From Microbotryum violaceum (Eukaryota): a stretch of 64,000 nucleotides of DNA. The notes below the pieces were generated by a model. That model ran no database searches, was not told where the DNA came from, and worked only from the letters and a program-made list of their open reading frames with translations. The position numbers were made by a program, and so were the translations under genes. Shown here piece by piece: positions 12,399 to 24,645 of the stretch. The stretch spans positions 2,480,001 to 2,544,000 of the forward strand of contig CDLV01000006.1 of NCBI GenBank assembly GCA_001244265.2, read 5' to 3'. Positions within the stretch are counted from its first letter, which is position 1. The number at the start of each line of letters is the position of its first letter.

Positions 12399-15359
12399 TC
12401 AGAGGTAGAAAGGCGCCAACCACGCGTCGGCTTGTTCGAATTGGTTCACCAAGTCCGGGCTGATGACGACCCCGGCGGGGAATTGCTTCAAAGATCGGAT
12501 CGCGATCATCATCTATTTTGGTGATCGAATGACGAAAAGCATTAGTTTCTGTCCTGCGTTGAATGACGCGAGCCAACTCAGGGAGCGACGAATGTACCAT
12601 CTGCCAGAACCTGAACCCCCTCTGCAACTCGCTCGTCACATTCTTGACATTTGGGAACGCATCATCCAACAAACCCAACGTCTGTTCCTTCGCCTCCTTG
12701 ACCTCCTTCCCTTCCTCCGACCCTTCTCCCTGCGTCCCATGTCCACTCCGAGTAACGACTTGGACTCCCCCGGCTAAATGACAGACCGCGTCGCCGTAGG
12801 CTTTAAAGAGGATGCCCATACCGGTGTTGGTGTCCGTTTGGAAGGGGAGCGAGACGGCGACGTCGAGGTAGTCGTGGCGCACTCGACGGGCGTCGGAACG
12901 TAGCATCAAGTTCAGGAGAATGGATTCGAGGAGCAGGCGCATGGAGCGGGAGGTGGCGCGGATGAAGGAGTTGAAGACGAGCAGTTCGCGCGAGAGAGGG
13001 CCGGTCCAGGGGAGGGCCTGTAAGAGATCTGATCGAGTCAGTATATTCCCTTCTGGAAACAGAGAGCTTGCATACGCAAGCGTACATTGTTGGACAAGGG
13101 CACGATGGACAAGACCCTCATGACCAACAACATGCTCCTCTTGTCCTCTTCCGAACCCTGGAAATTCGGTCCCCCGCTGTAGAGTCTCGTTCCGATCCTG
13201 CCATTGTGCAAAGCCCCAGCGCGTAACAACTCCATCGCCAAGAAGAGCGCATCCTGGAACTTGTCGTTGACGCGCGATTGACGCATTGCGGCAAAGATGG
13301 CTTGGGCGTGAGGGGTGTGTTGGTGCGATGCCGTGAGGAAGGCGCGTAGTTCGAGGAAACGCCAGAGGGTGTTGGCGACAATCTCGTCCTTCTTCTCCAG
13401 GAGGCAGTCGGAATGTTTGGGAACGATCGTTCGTTGAGAGAGGCTTTGGGTCGCGGTGCCGCCCAGACAGAGGGAGAGATCGATCGTGGATGACTGTAGT
13501 TCGGGGATAGAGATGAGTCCACATGTCTTTGGCCTCAACGAATACAAGGATCACTTACCGACTGCCGCCTGAGCTCATCCTCGACGTGTCGAGCATCGAC
13601 ATTCCATTTCGACACGCCCTCGAGGAACGCCGTCGCCTGTGGAGAGGAGTGTGGAATCGGGTACTCTCGCGTCGGGTCAAAGTAGTAGATGGCGGTCTGA
13701 GTGCTCAACCCGTCCCTCATTCATCAGCTGCTCGGTCCCCCTCGAACTTATGAACGACGGGGTTCCACTCACGACAGATTTCTTGGCCCAAAGCGGGTGC
13801 AAGACGCTCGAAACGAGCGCGAGCGCGACGCACCTCGGCGAGTGCGGCGATTCGATCAAGCTCTTGACGAAGCGATCGTACTCGGGGGTGCCTCCGCAAA
13901 GTGGGGACGACTCGATGACGTGACCCGAAGCCAACGAGTGGAGGACCTGAGGGAGGATCAAGCCTCGGAACATCTGGTAGTACACTTCGTCAGGGAAGTG
14001 GGCGGAAAAGATGTCGCCGAGGTCGTGGGGGATGTCGGAAGGGGTGATGACCGGTCCCGAGGAGGGTTGTGCGGGAGGGAGAGTGAGAGGGAGGGGAAGC
14101 ACACGCCCTTCGTTGGCGACGAGGACAAGCGAGAATTTGATCATCGCACGTGCGCGGGCGAACTGGTCGACATAGTTGGACTGAAAGACGGGGGGGAAGT
14201 CCTTGAAGGCCATGACACAGGTCGTGCCCGCGCCCCGTTGCTTGATCAGGTCGATCACGGAGCGCAATTGAAAGTCGCGAGGGTCGATGGCGGGGAAGGT
14301 CGGCGACAGGTCGAAGCCGGCGAGGATGGCGAGGTCGAGGAATTGCTCCGAGTTGAGACCCATCTCGGCAAGGATCTGCAGCTTGGACGAGAACGAGACC
14401 TGGCCTGTCTTGAAGTTGATGTCGAGGATGATGCGGTCGATGCCGTCGAACATGAAGAGCTCGGTCGAGCCGTAGAGGGCGTGAACGTACTGGCGCTCGT
14501 GGCGCTCAAGGTAGACGAGCTGGGGCCAGGCGAGGTACGGCGCAATGACGGTTTCGACGTGACGCGGCTTGAAAAGACGGTGCACGAAGCGGATGATGTC
14601 GGGCGTTGCGACCGAGTTGGACGCGGCGAACTCGGCCTGGGCCTGGGTGACCCTGCCTTGTTCATAGTGGTCCCAAGCGGCTTGTCGACGCCATCCTTTG
14701 GGTTCGTCGTAGAGGAAGGGGCGTTCGCGTTCCTGCAACGGTAGTCCGTTGAAGACAAAGACAGGAATACACTTGAACGATTCCAACACTTTGAGGTCAT
14801 GGATGATCTGCGTGACGAGGACAAGCGACGGGTCGGTGAATGTGCGACGATCGTGTCCCGTAGCGCGCAATGGGCAGTGGGGTGGGGGCGGTGGAAGCGG
14901 GGTTATGACGGGGGGGGGGAAGTGAGTTGCGCCGAGGCTGTTCAGAGACGCAGGACTCACCTCTGCTGCCATGGCCAAAGGTGAGCCCCCTACTGCAGCG
15001 ACAAAGGCATCCGAAGTGGACGGGTCCTTTGGTGTGAGCATCCGCTTGAGGTAGTGATTCACGTCGATCCCGAGGCGGGTGTCGCGTAGCTCGCTCAACG
15101 GCATCTCCTTGATCAGCCCGCGCTGTGGCGGGAAGAGGTGAGGTCAGCCACAGCCGTAGGAAGATTTCAAGATAGAGTTCGAACGTATCGACTTGCCTCG
15201 GCGAGCCAAGCTGTTTGGAGGGATGATAGGCAGCCGGGGAGGCCATGAACGGGTCAGCACACCACCACCACCACCACCACCACCACCACCACCGCGTTGA
15301 CGATCCCTTGCCGGCCGAGCCGTGCGGTCGTACTCACAGTCCAGTCCACGAATACCCAT
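12399..15359 (-). CDS. MKT1: Mkt1 (XPG/PIN-like post-transcriptional regulator)
   Basis: MGIRGLD, LGIDVNHYL, PVFVFNG, IAPYLAWPQLVYLE, EQFLDLAILAG, WTGPLSRELLVFNSF; ends ADAWLAPFYL*. Confidence 0.9.
15258..15293. repeat. (CCA)n microsatellite in first intron of MKT1
   Basis: About 11 perfect CCA units. Confidence 0.9.
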
Positions 15360-15645
15360 ATTGCCGAATCTTGGATGGAGAGCAAACACTGAGGCTGTAG
15401 CTGCTTGACGAGTCACGACGTTCCCCACGCACTGCAGGACGTCGACTCGGATCTGCGGCTGCACGATGCAGGAGGCGAACCGACCACGCGCGTCGAGTGG
15501 CCACTGATAAATTACGAACGGGAACCTATTTCGGCCTTTTGGCGATTAGAACCTGCCTTGGCGCAAGCCTCACCTCGATTCCTCTGCTGGGGCTGGGCTC
15601 ACGACACCCCGGCACTCGCGTCTGGCCATACGCGGCTCACCCACG

Positions 15646-17773
15646 ATGGCCCAAGCCAAACTGCTCAACACCCACAACTCGGTACGCAACAAATCCAAAC
15701 CGACCCCGAACTCTTCCTCCCAGCCTTCGAAAGCGAAAGCAGGTCCATCGCCGACCCCAGCTGCTTCAACTGGGACATCTGCGTCGACGAAGGCGCCTCT
15801 CTCGGCTACCAAGGCTGCCCAGCCTCAGCGGACGGTCTATAAACCCGTTTTGGATAATCCGTTTCAGATCGAATGGTCAGCCTGGATTGTAGGTTGGAGT
15901 CGCGCCTCGTGTACTCGTACTGATCGCTCGCTCCGTTGACCGCAACAGGCCACCCCTCCCCTCCTCGTTGCGAACCCGCTTGCTGGACCTTTTGATCGAG
16001 GCCTTGCAACCGACCACGAAGGCTGATTCTGCCGAGAACGGACAGAAGCAAGATCTCTCTATATCAGAATGGAGAGAATTACTGCACAAAAGAAAGCGCC
16101 AACTAGCTTCCAAGACGACGCGCCAGCGCGGCAGCGAACAGCAGGATCAGCGCAAGGGCAAGCGCAAGGAGCAGGATCCGAACCATGGACAGCCCCCATC
16201 TCGCCGAGGAAGTCCTTCAAAAGCCAAGAAGGCTAGGACCGAAAGCTCATCGAAAGAATCAGAGCCAGCGGCAGCATCCACCTCATCCGCCAAGACGACG
16301 AACGATTCAGCCCCACCCCCACCTACGGCAGCTGACTCGACCCATACTCTCACTCTGCGCTCAGCCAAAACCGTCACCGTCCCCAACTTTATCGACAAGC
16401 CTCTCGGAATGCCTACCACGCCCTCATCGAAGGAGGTGACTCTTCCTTCCAAGCCCAGCATGCTCGATTCGCTCGTCGTGGGTATCAATGATCTTACGCG
16501 CGCTTTGGAGAGTCAGATCCGGTGGGCGAGGTGGGAATTGGGAGACCGCGAGGCGGCGCCGAGCATGAGGGTCGAAAAGACCAAAGAACCAGAAGCCGTT
16601 CCATCTGATAAGTTCGACAAGGCTAAAGACAAGGAGGACAAGACGAGCAAGACCCGACGCAAGCACCGATCACCCGAAGACCACGCGCGATGGGACGAGA
16701 TCCTCCTCGGACCGCACATGACGCAGGAGCAGAAACAAGTCGTTGATGAACCCTATCGCTTCTTGTTGGATCCGCTCAAGAATGAATCGCTTGACCTGGA
16801 GGAGGCTGCTTACATCAAGCGCTCTGATGCGCTGAGCAAGAACGGAAGCGGATCGACGTTCCCCAAGATCCTAAACAATTCCCTTGCTTTTCGGATCAAG
16901 TCGCCTCGTTCTCCGGCTCTAGCGTCCGGCGAGGCAAAGAGCAAGACCAAAACCAAACCCAGGCGCACCCCCAAAACCCTATCTCAAAAGACGGGCCCGA
17001 GCGACCCCTACTACCCCTTGATCGATCTTGTCTTCGTTTGTAAACCCGACATCAACCCCGCTTCTCTTGTTGGTCATCTCCCCACCATGTGCGCGGCGAC
17101 GAATGGGCTTCGAAAGGCCGTTTCGGTGGAGCGGCAGAGGAGGAAAGATGCGAAAGGGAAGGTGAAAGAGAGGCTGGAGGACGGAGAAGATGGGGATGAG
17201 GACGGGATGGACGTGGATGAGAAGCAAGCTGCACAGGCTGGGGCAGAGGTAGATGAGCCAGATCGGTTCATCTACTTGATTCCTTTGGACGTCGGGGCTG
17301 AACATTGCTTGGCTGAAGTCATGGGCTTGCGAAGGGTTGCTGCGATTGGAGTTTGTGTGAGTGTAGTGCAGCTAAGGGTGCTCTGTTCCGGAGGCCGTCA
17401 TTGAAGCTGACTCCTCTCGTCGGCCAATTTGAGCGCTGCGCAGTCCTCCTCCGCATCGACTTTCGCTCCGCTCCTCTCCCTCGTGCAAGAACACCTGCAA
17501 CCCCTCTTCGTGCCCTGGTTGAACCCCTCACCCAAGCCCATTCAAGCCAGTACCCCCACACCCACCCTAGCTCCCAAATCCGAACCCAGATTCATCCCCA
17601 CGCATATCAAGCACCTCAAGACGACCCAACCTCTGAACCCGAGGGCGGCGCATGCGTTGAAGGAGGGGAAGAAGAAGGCTAGAGAGGAGAGGAGGGAGAC
17701 GCTGAGCAAGAAGAAGGGGAAGGAGCGGAAAGAGGATGAGGTCTATGTCGTCGATGAGGATATGGATCATTGA
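15646..17773 (+). CDS. POP3: RNase P/MRP subunit Pop3/Rpp38 (L7Ae-like)
   Basis: YKPVLDNPFQIEW, LVVGINDLTRALE, LVFVCKPDINPASLVGHLP, AEHCLAEVMGLRRVAAIG, PLFVPWL. Confidence 0.75.
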
Positions 17774-18127
17774 GGCGGTGGGTGGAACACTCGGTCGATT
17801 GTGCACGCCGAAAACTCTGCCGTCTCCATTTTGATACTACAAGCTCTGATAAGCGATGTTTGTCTTGTGAAGGATACGATAGCTATTCATATTTCCTGTT
17901 TCTTCACTCCAGCAGCCTCAAGCTGTAAAATGTGAGTGAGGCCATGGCCACCTTCTTCTCGTGATCGGGGCCTGTGCCGTGGCTGTGCTGAGAGTAGAGG
18001 GGTCGTCTATAGGCAGCCATCGCGAACGCGCTCACCCTCCCCGCCCCCCCATTTAAGCTTCGCGGTTCTTCTTAACAACAAATTCTCGAAACGCACCAAG
18101 CTTGGAAAAGAGTCCCAACCCTTTACA

Positions 18128-18813
18128 ATGTAAGTAGATGAAGGATACAGCATGTACGGGGTTAGGCCGAAACCGTCGTTTCGCGACCGCGTCACGTGTT
18201 GAGCGACAATGCCAAGTCGCCGGATTTGTCGCTTGTGCGCACGACTTAGGTGTTTGACCGGTCTTTTACAGGCCTTTCACTGTCCAACACCACTGGCATC
18301 GATGTAAGTTTCCAGACACAAGCGGCGCCCGGTAGCGGCTATTGCTAAGAGCCAGGGTGGTCTTGGCCCCTCTTGAAACGTGCAATTGGGCTCATCATGC
18401 TGCCGGTTGTCGTGGACCGTGGGGGAGCAGGGGTATGTGACAAGGTTGGTACAAAGCTGACATATTGTTATGCCGTCGGTGCGTGTAGATACCATCGTCC
18501 CCAAAATGATCTACATCCATCGACACGGCAAGCGCTTCAAGGTGAGACACGGCCAGTTCGCGAATGTCGTCTTTGGGCTCCAAATGGCGCCCGCTGTCCG
18601 GCGTCCACCCGAGCGCAGTGGCGAGGTTGTTCAAGGAAGGACTGACGCATTCATTTTTTTCCGGAACAGATTACGTTCGGGCCCGGTGAACGAGTAAGCA
18701 GACTTGATGTCTATCATGACGGTTTTTTTTTGACGCCGGCCGCTTGTTCCCGAAATCGAAAACTTGAGCTGAAAGCCCACTCACTGTTTTCACAGATTGC
18801 ATGGCAGCCGTGA
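18128..18813 (+). CDS. Five-exon 42-aa microprotein, unknown function
   Basis: Exons 18128-18129, 18272-18303, 18489-18541, 18670-18693, 18796-18813 join in frame to MPFTVQHHWHRYTIVPKMIYIHRHGKRFKITFGPGERIAWQP*. Four canonical introns with branch-point-like sites. Confidence 0.6.
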
Positions 18814-19120
18814 ACAGACGAGGAAGGACTCGGTGGCTGGACGAAGATAGGTCTTGGTTACGTGGGGGCGGTATATGAAATAGTATTCGGGCCTGTCGTT
18901 GGCAATACATCATACATCATGTGGTTCGGCTCTGGCTCTGACCTGCGCGGACGGAGAGATTTGACGATAGAACACAGCTTCAGAGCACCGACACATCGAT
19001 CTCGTCGACCTACTAGTCGATGAAGAGAGGATTAAAGTCTAATCACATAACATGTTAAGCTCCTCCCAATTCTACCGTCTATGCTACAACATTCGATAAC
19101 CTCAATCCGGCGAGAATCTG

Positions 19121-20440
19121 TCACCGTCCGAGCTCGAGCTCCACCCAAACTCCCTCATGATCACTCGGAAACATTTCATCACCATTCACATCTTTGAGTT
19201 TACAACCGTTGTCACCGAAGATCGGATCCGTTCCCATTCTCCCGTCTGCGCTCATCGCCAACGCTTTCGCTTCTCCACCGAGATAAATCCGATCGATTCT
19301 CCTCGGCTTACGAGGTTTGCCATCCCTTTGCCCGGGAACGAAAGGGTACAAGTGACCGAAAGTCGACCCCTCCCGGAAATCAGGAGGTTCGGAGAGACAT
19401 CTTGCAAGGAGGTGCGAGTCGACCCATTTTGAAGCGAGGAAGGGTGCGAACTCAAGTTCGGAATTGGCGTTAAAATCGCCTAAGATCGCTGATGAGCGCT
19501 GGGTAGGTTTTTGTTGGAGTAGGCGTAGGGTTTGGCGGTATTGGTGTTGTCGAATTTGATCGCAGGTGGGTAGGGAAGAGTAGTGGGACGTTGCGATGCG
19601 CCACTGAACAAGACAAGACTGCACTGAGGTAAGCGCTGGAAGTTTCTGCCAGTCCTTGACGCCCCCGTCAATGCTCACCTGTTCACCTCCCTCGGAATCC
19701 ATCATTCGGAGGAGGATAATGGCCTTATCCTTTTCGTCCTGATTGCGCTGCATTGAGATGTACTCGACCTGGGCCTCCCACCCTCGTTGTTCGAGCAGTC
19801 CCTTTCTCACGAGCATAAGCACGCCTTCTCTTGTTCCTTCCTTTTTGCCTACCCCACGTAGCTTCTGAACCTGAACACTGCCTCCTTTCCTCGAGACGAA
19901 CCAAAAATCTTCCAATCGCGTTAGGAGGTAATGTTTGCGGACCCAGTCGGCCGACCGAAGCTGCGTTTGAAGAGGATGGGACACCTCTTGAAGGGAGATC
20001 ACGTCCGCTTGGCTCGATTCCAAGACCATTAGCAGGGCTCGGCTTTGGGCTTGCGAGTAGTTGGGTGATGATGACCAGGTGTTGTAAGTGACGAGACGGA
20101 GCGAAGTCCAAGGAATGGTCGTAGTGGCCCCTATCGACGCGGATGACGTGGAATTTGGCTCGTACGACTTCCAGGTGCCTTTGCCCGTGTAGACCGAGAG
20201 GGGCGTCTTGAACATGTTCGCCTCTTGTGTAGGTTGCTTCCCCTTCGGTCGACGTCGCCGAGGTCGTACATCGTCATTGTCGGGGCGCCGGCCGTGGTCA
20301 TCCGCAGCCCGCACCAACGACTGCAAAGCTCGACGATGACCATCCGATTGCCGTGCGCGAACAAAAGAGCCGGATGGGCTCAGAGTAGTGCCACTGTGCC
20401 CCTTTCCCGTCGACTTGACCCGCTTGGGTGCTTTTGGCAT
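19121..20440 (-). CDS. Endonuclease/exonuclease/phosphatase (TDP2-like)
   Basis: LRLVTYNTW, DVISLQEV, ILGDFN, RIDRI, FPSDHEGV are the full set of EEP catalytic motifs. One probable in-frame intron near 19606-19678. Confidence 0.85.
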   Translation of the reverse strand: MPKAPKRVKSTGKGHSGTTLSPSGSFVRARQSDGHRRALQSLVRAADDHGRRPDNDDVRPRRRRPKGKQPTQEANMFKTPLSVYTGKGTWKSYEPNSTSSASIGATTTIPWTSLRLVTYNTWSSSPNYSQAQSRALLMVLESSQADVISLQEVSHPLQTQLRSADWVRKHYLLTRLEDFWFVSRKGGSVQVQKLRGVGKKEGTREGVLMLVRKGLLEQRGWEAQVEYISMQRNQDEKDKAIILLRMMDSEGGEQVSIDGGVKDWQKLPALTSVQSCLVQWRIATSHYSSLPTCDQIRQHQYRQTLRLLQQKPTQRSSAILGDFNANSELEFAPFLASKWVDSHLLARCLSEPPDFREGSTFGHLYPFVPGQRDGKPRKPRRIDRIYLGGEAKALAMSADGRMGTDPIFGDNGCKLKDVNGDEMFPSDHEGVWVELELGR

Positions 20441-20742
20441 GTGATGCTTGTCCCACGCCTTGTTGTTAAGCGCACTATTGAAGCCTTTGTCGCAGATTTC
20501 GCCCGTGTCCGTGTGGTAGCGTGTAACAGTGAGGTCTAACCGAAACGACCGGCTGTCCGCGGGGCGCAAGGATTTGGCTTGCGAGTACAGCGATCGGCGG
20601 CAAGCCGAGACGACCTGCGGAGATCGGAAGAGCTTGGACTAGCTTGGAAGTCGCGAGCTCGGGCTGCGTAACTCGGGACCAGTCGTAACTCGTTCTCGAC
20701 TCCGACTCACCCCGTTCACTTTCGAAAGCGCTGATCCGACAG

Positions 20743-22752
20743 ATGAGCTACCTCGACACCGCCAACAGCTCCAAGGAGACACTGCCACTCGATACACCCA
20801 ACGGTCGTGAAGGGAATGACCATGCGTTGCGCTCGACGCCTACTCTGCCCCGCGACGCGCCCGCCAAGGCGAATAGCGACACTCCAGCACTTGGCAAGGA
20901 CAGCGACCAGCTGCAGCATATACCAGCAGGGGTAGTCGGGCTGATGGGGATCCCAGCCGTGCAAGCCAATGCAACCGGACCGGCATTGACTTCCGCCAAT
21001 TCACGCTCTAACGCCTCCTCGACGATGACGGCACAACTAACGCCGACCGCGACCGTGACCTCCACGATGACGATGAGCTACCCGCCGGTGTCTAGGTCCG
21101 AGAGGCTCCTGACCCAACTCCCACCCCCTGACCGAGGTCCGCAAGCCTATATTTTCCTGGTCTGTGCCTTCTTCGTCGAGGTCGTCGTATGGGGTATTCC
21201 GGGTGCTTTTGGTGTCTTCCTCGAATACTATACGACGCATGGAATTGGCAAGCACAAGGCTCCGGCCAACCATACCCTATTGTGAGTCGTTTCGACCGCG
21301 AGTGGCTCACAGTTCGGCTCATCCCGACGGCGGACCTCGATGGATCCTCACAGGCCATGGGTCGGAACGCTGTGTCAAGGCTTGATGTCGTTATTCGGTG
21401 GGTGTTGTGCTCTCGGACGCAGGGTTTCGGAGACTGACTGTAATTACGGCATGTACCCACCAGGCCCACCGCTGGCGTGGATCCTCAACCCGCGGCCACA
21501 CCTGCGGATCCCGTTCATCTGGGCTGGTATCGCGGTTCTGTCCGCATCATTGTTAGCAAGTTCCTTCTCGTTCAAAGTAAGTTCTACTCCATGGAAGTCG
21601 TCGTCTCCTTTCCCAAGATGCTCATCTCGCCTCACAACGTTCACCAGACTTGGCACTTATTGCTGTCGCAAGGAATCGGCTTCTCTATTGGTGGAGCGAT
21701 GGTCTTTTTCCCCGCGATGGCGTTCCTCAACGAATGGTTCGTCAAGCGGAGAGGCATGGCCGCGGGAGTGACCTACGTCGGCACCGCGTTCGGGGGTGTA
21801 TGTTTTCCCTTCTTCATCGCTGCGTTGCTCGCTCGTTTCGGCGACGCCATCACGCTGCAAGCCCTCGCGTGTGCGAGCGGGGTCTTACTTGGGGCGTGTA
21901 TGCCATGGCTAAAGCCTCGCCTGCCAATTCCGACGAAGCGGGATCTGCGATCGGAGCGATATCATGATACCGAGAAGCGACAAGATGACATGAAACGCGT
22001 GTGGAAGAACAAGGGGTGGTCCATGTTCATGATCTCTAACTGTGGGTCCCTGATGCCTCAGGAACCAGAAGAAATCTGCTTACTGACTCTGACACCGCTT
22101 TGCTCCCACTTGATCAGTCATGCAAGCCCTCGCCTTCACCATCACGACCCTGTTCCTTCCCTCGTACGCCGCCTCGATCGGCCTCTCACCCTCGGCTGGA
22201 TCCGCTTCCCTTGCGGCCCTCAACGCCGCGTCAATTTTTTCTCGTATCGGGGTCGGGATCCTATCGGATAAAAAACCGCCGCATCTCATCGCAAGTGTCA
22301 TCATGGCCGTATCGGCGGTATCAGTCTTCCTTCTCTGGGGTTTGGCGAGCACGTCCTTGGCGCCATTATTGATCTTCTCGCTCGTGTTTGGGTTCGCGTG
22401 TGGTCCTTGGACGTGTTTGTACGTGGCCATGATCAAGGAAGTTGCAAGTCAGTCATGTTGCGCCGCGGATGAATCACATTGGATGTGAGTCTTCGACGCT
22501 GACCTTACCCTCCCTTTCGCAGGCGACGATCTCCCCCTCTCGGTAACCCTGTTCTCCTTCGCCGCCTTCGGTCGAGGCGTCGGAACCATCATCACAGCTT
22601 TCCTCTCCTCCCTCCTTTTGGCCCGCTCTATGAAAGGTGCGGAAGCATGGACCGCATTTGGTGTCGCCGATGGCAAATTTGGCAGCGTTGTCATGTTCAC
22701 AGGGGCGATTTTGGTCGTCGCGGCCGCGACGGAGGGCATCGCTTTACTTTAG
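20743..22752 (+). CDS. MFS transporter, monocarboxylate-porter (Mch-like) family
   Basis: PPDRGPQAY..WGIPGAFGVFLEYY, LSQGIGFSIGG, EWFVKRRGMAAGV; many TM helices; multi-exon. Confidence 0.9.
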
Positions 22753-23318
22753 GAGAGCGGCGTCGGTTCGGGATTCAGGAAGTTGAGAGTCACGTCTCGA
22801 TAAATTTGTTCTAGATGGTATTTTTAAGAAAAAAATTATAGAGTAGCTTTGAATTGAGCGAGGGAGTGAATTCAGATGTTTGAGCCTGGGAAGGGTCATA
22901 ATGGTCTGGTCTGAGGCAGCCAAAGATCGTCCAGTGGCCCTAGCCTGGTAGACGGGTCGAACGGTCGTCTTGTAATCCGAATCCTTGAAATTGACGTCAG
23001 CGAGAGCAAATGGGTGATGTCACAAGTTTCACACTTTAAAGCGCTATGAATAGGGTGTTCACGTTGCGAGAGCTTAGAAGTTGTGGCAGTCAAAAGTCGT
23101 TCGCGTGTTCGCGTGTGAATCGAACGATGACCTCCTGTCTCGGATTCACAAGCTCCCGAAGGGCGGCGATCCTTGTCCTGCAGGATCGTCAATGGATTCC
23201 CGCTCTCTCTTCTTCTTGTCAATTCCCGATTCGCTCTCGAAATCACCCTGTATCACCTTTTCCCCTCAAAAAGTACTCTGTACACCATCGCTGTCACGGA
23301 CCAGCAAGCCGAACGATC

Positions 23319-24142
23319 ATGTCCTCCCTTGAAAGCGCGATCGACCTAGCCGATCGCGTCCTTTCGCGTTTCCCAGACCGTCTCACACCCGAAAATTGGC
23401 ATGCGTTCAAAACCCCTCTCGAGGACGCGCTTCGCTGCGCTAAAGTCCTGCGCATGCTCCAGGGGCGTTTCCCCAAACCTTCTCGCGACGATGAAGATGC
23501 CATCGAGGACTACGCTTCGAGACGCGCCGAGGCGAAGATGGTGTTGAGTTTTTGTATAGGGGATGATGCGTTCGCCTATATTGATGAGGAACCGGTCGAG
23601 GAGATGTGGGACGCATTAGTAGACCGGTTTACGATCCTTTCCGGGGGGAGGGGGAAGACGACCAAGTTGAGGGCGAGGAAGTTGAGACAATTGTGAGTCG
23701 ACGAAGCTTGAGCGTGGGAACATGGGCTGATCCAACGCATACATTGGTCACGATCAGACTCGATCTCTCACCAACCCCCTTCACCGAAGGTGTCGATCTC
23801 GACGCCTACGTCGGCCAGGTCGCGGAACTGGTCTACCAAATCAACTTCCTCTACCGCCAAGAACGTCGCGACGACGCCAGGTACGAAACGCGCATCGTCC
23901 CCGCGTGCTATGACCACGATAATGCCCCTCTCAGCCCAATGAGCTCGACGTTAGGTCACGACGGATTACCTACGGATCCTAGGAGGGACGCGATCCTCGC
24001 CGAGACGGCACAGAGACTTGATGGTGGGAGGGTCGGGAGGGGGTCCGATCACGGGGTGGTGGATTTGATCTCGGAGGATTTGCATCGCGAGTTGTTGCAT
24101 GCCAAGTTGTTGACCGATCATTCGTTGCCTCATGTTGGTTAA
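23319..24142 (+). CDS. Ty1/copia Gag-derived protein A (Retrotran_gag_2/UBN2-like), intron-containing
   Basis: LTPENWHAFK..ALRCAKVLRMLQG..P..AEAKMVLSFCIG..VEEMWDALVDRF; intron 23693-23757 joins in frame to LLDLSPTPFTEGVDLDAYVGQVAELVYQI. No zinc knuckle or pol. Confidence 0.7.
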
Positions 24143-24260
24143 GCTCGAAGACTCTACTTTGCGGTCCATTGCACTTTTTTTCTGTCTGTGTCTAATACTG
24201 ACTCTGTCATCATACCCACTCGTCCACCTGCTGGTGTTGTAGGTTACTGTGCAGTCTAGA

Positions 24261-24345
24261 CCAGAGTGGTAGGCTCCTACCACTCTGGGCCGGAGCCTAC
24301 CACTCTGGGCCGGAGCCTACCACTCTGGGCTTACCACTCTGAGCC
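24261..24345. repeat. Hairpin plus 20-bp minisatellite
   Basis: Unit CCTACCACTCTGGGCCGGAG at 24276 and 24296, partial at 24316, degenerate at 24331; inverted copy CCAGAGTGGTAGGCTC at 24261-24276. Confidence 0.92.
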
Positions 24346-24645
24346 ACAAACTGATCGACCCGGGACCCGTCGAGACCAAGCGCCGTGATACTCACGACCT
24401 CACTGCCTATTGTTTCACTTCGGTATCGAAGCGAAAGAGCGTTGCCGGCGAACGGACGCAAAGCCCCTGAAACATGTCGAGAAATGTCTTTCCTTGCGCG
24501 ATGATCTTTTGTACAGAGGGTCTCACCTGGTGGTCTAGAACCGAACAAGAGGTCAATACCTCAGACTGAGCACCGTACGATGACGTTGTTCTCCCTCTCA
24601 TTGCGTTCTACTACACATTCCGGTCGACTCCCAATATACCACCGC

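Noticed and set aside
13701-14744. Long antisense ORFs (also 6097-6948, 41630-42460, 44054-44764) and same-strand alternative-frame ORFs (32613-33587)
   Set aside because: Shadow ORFs of GC-rich real genes, with no family motifs.
15529-15550. U2 snRNA-like 5' sequence (TCGGCCTTTTGGC)
   Set aside because: The match ends after ~13 nt; no GTGTAGTA branch-pairing region or Sm site follows.
15359-15646. Shared CGCG/MCB-like motifs in short divergent promoters
   Set aside because: Such words are common at this GC content, and head-to-head pairs are normal in compact fungal genomes.
24261-24345. CRISPR-like array
   Set aside because: Repeats are contiguous with no unique spacers, there are no cas genes, and the context is eukaryotic.
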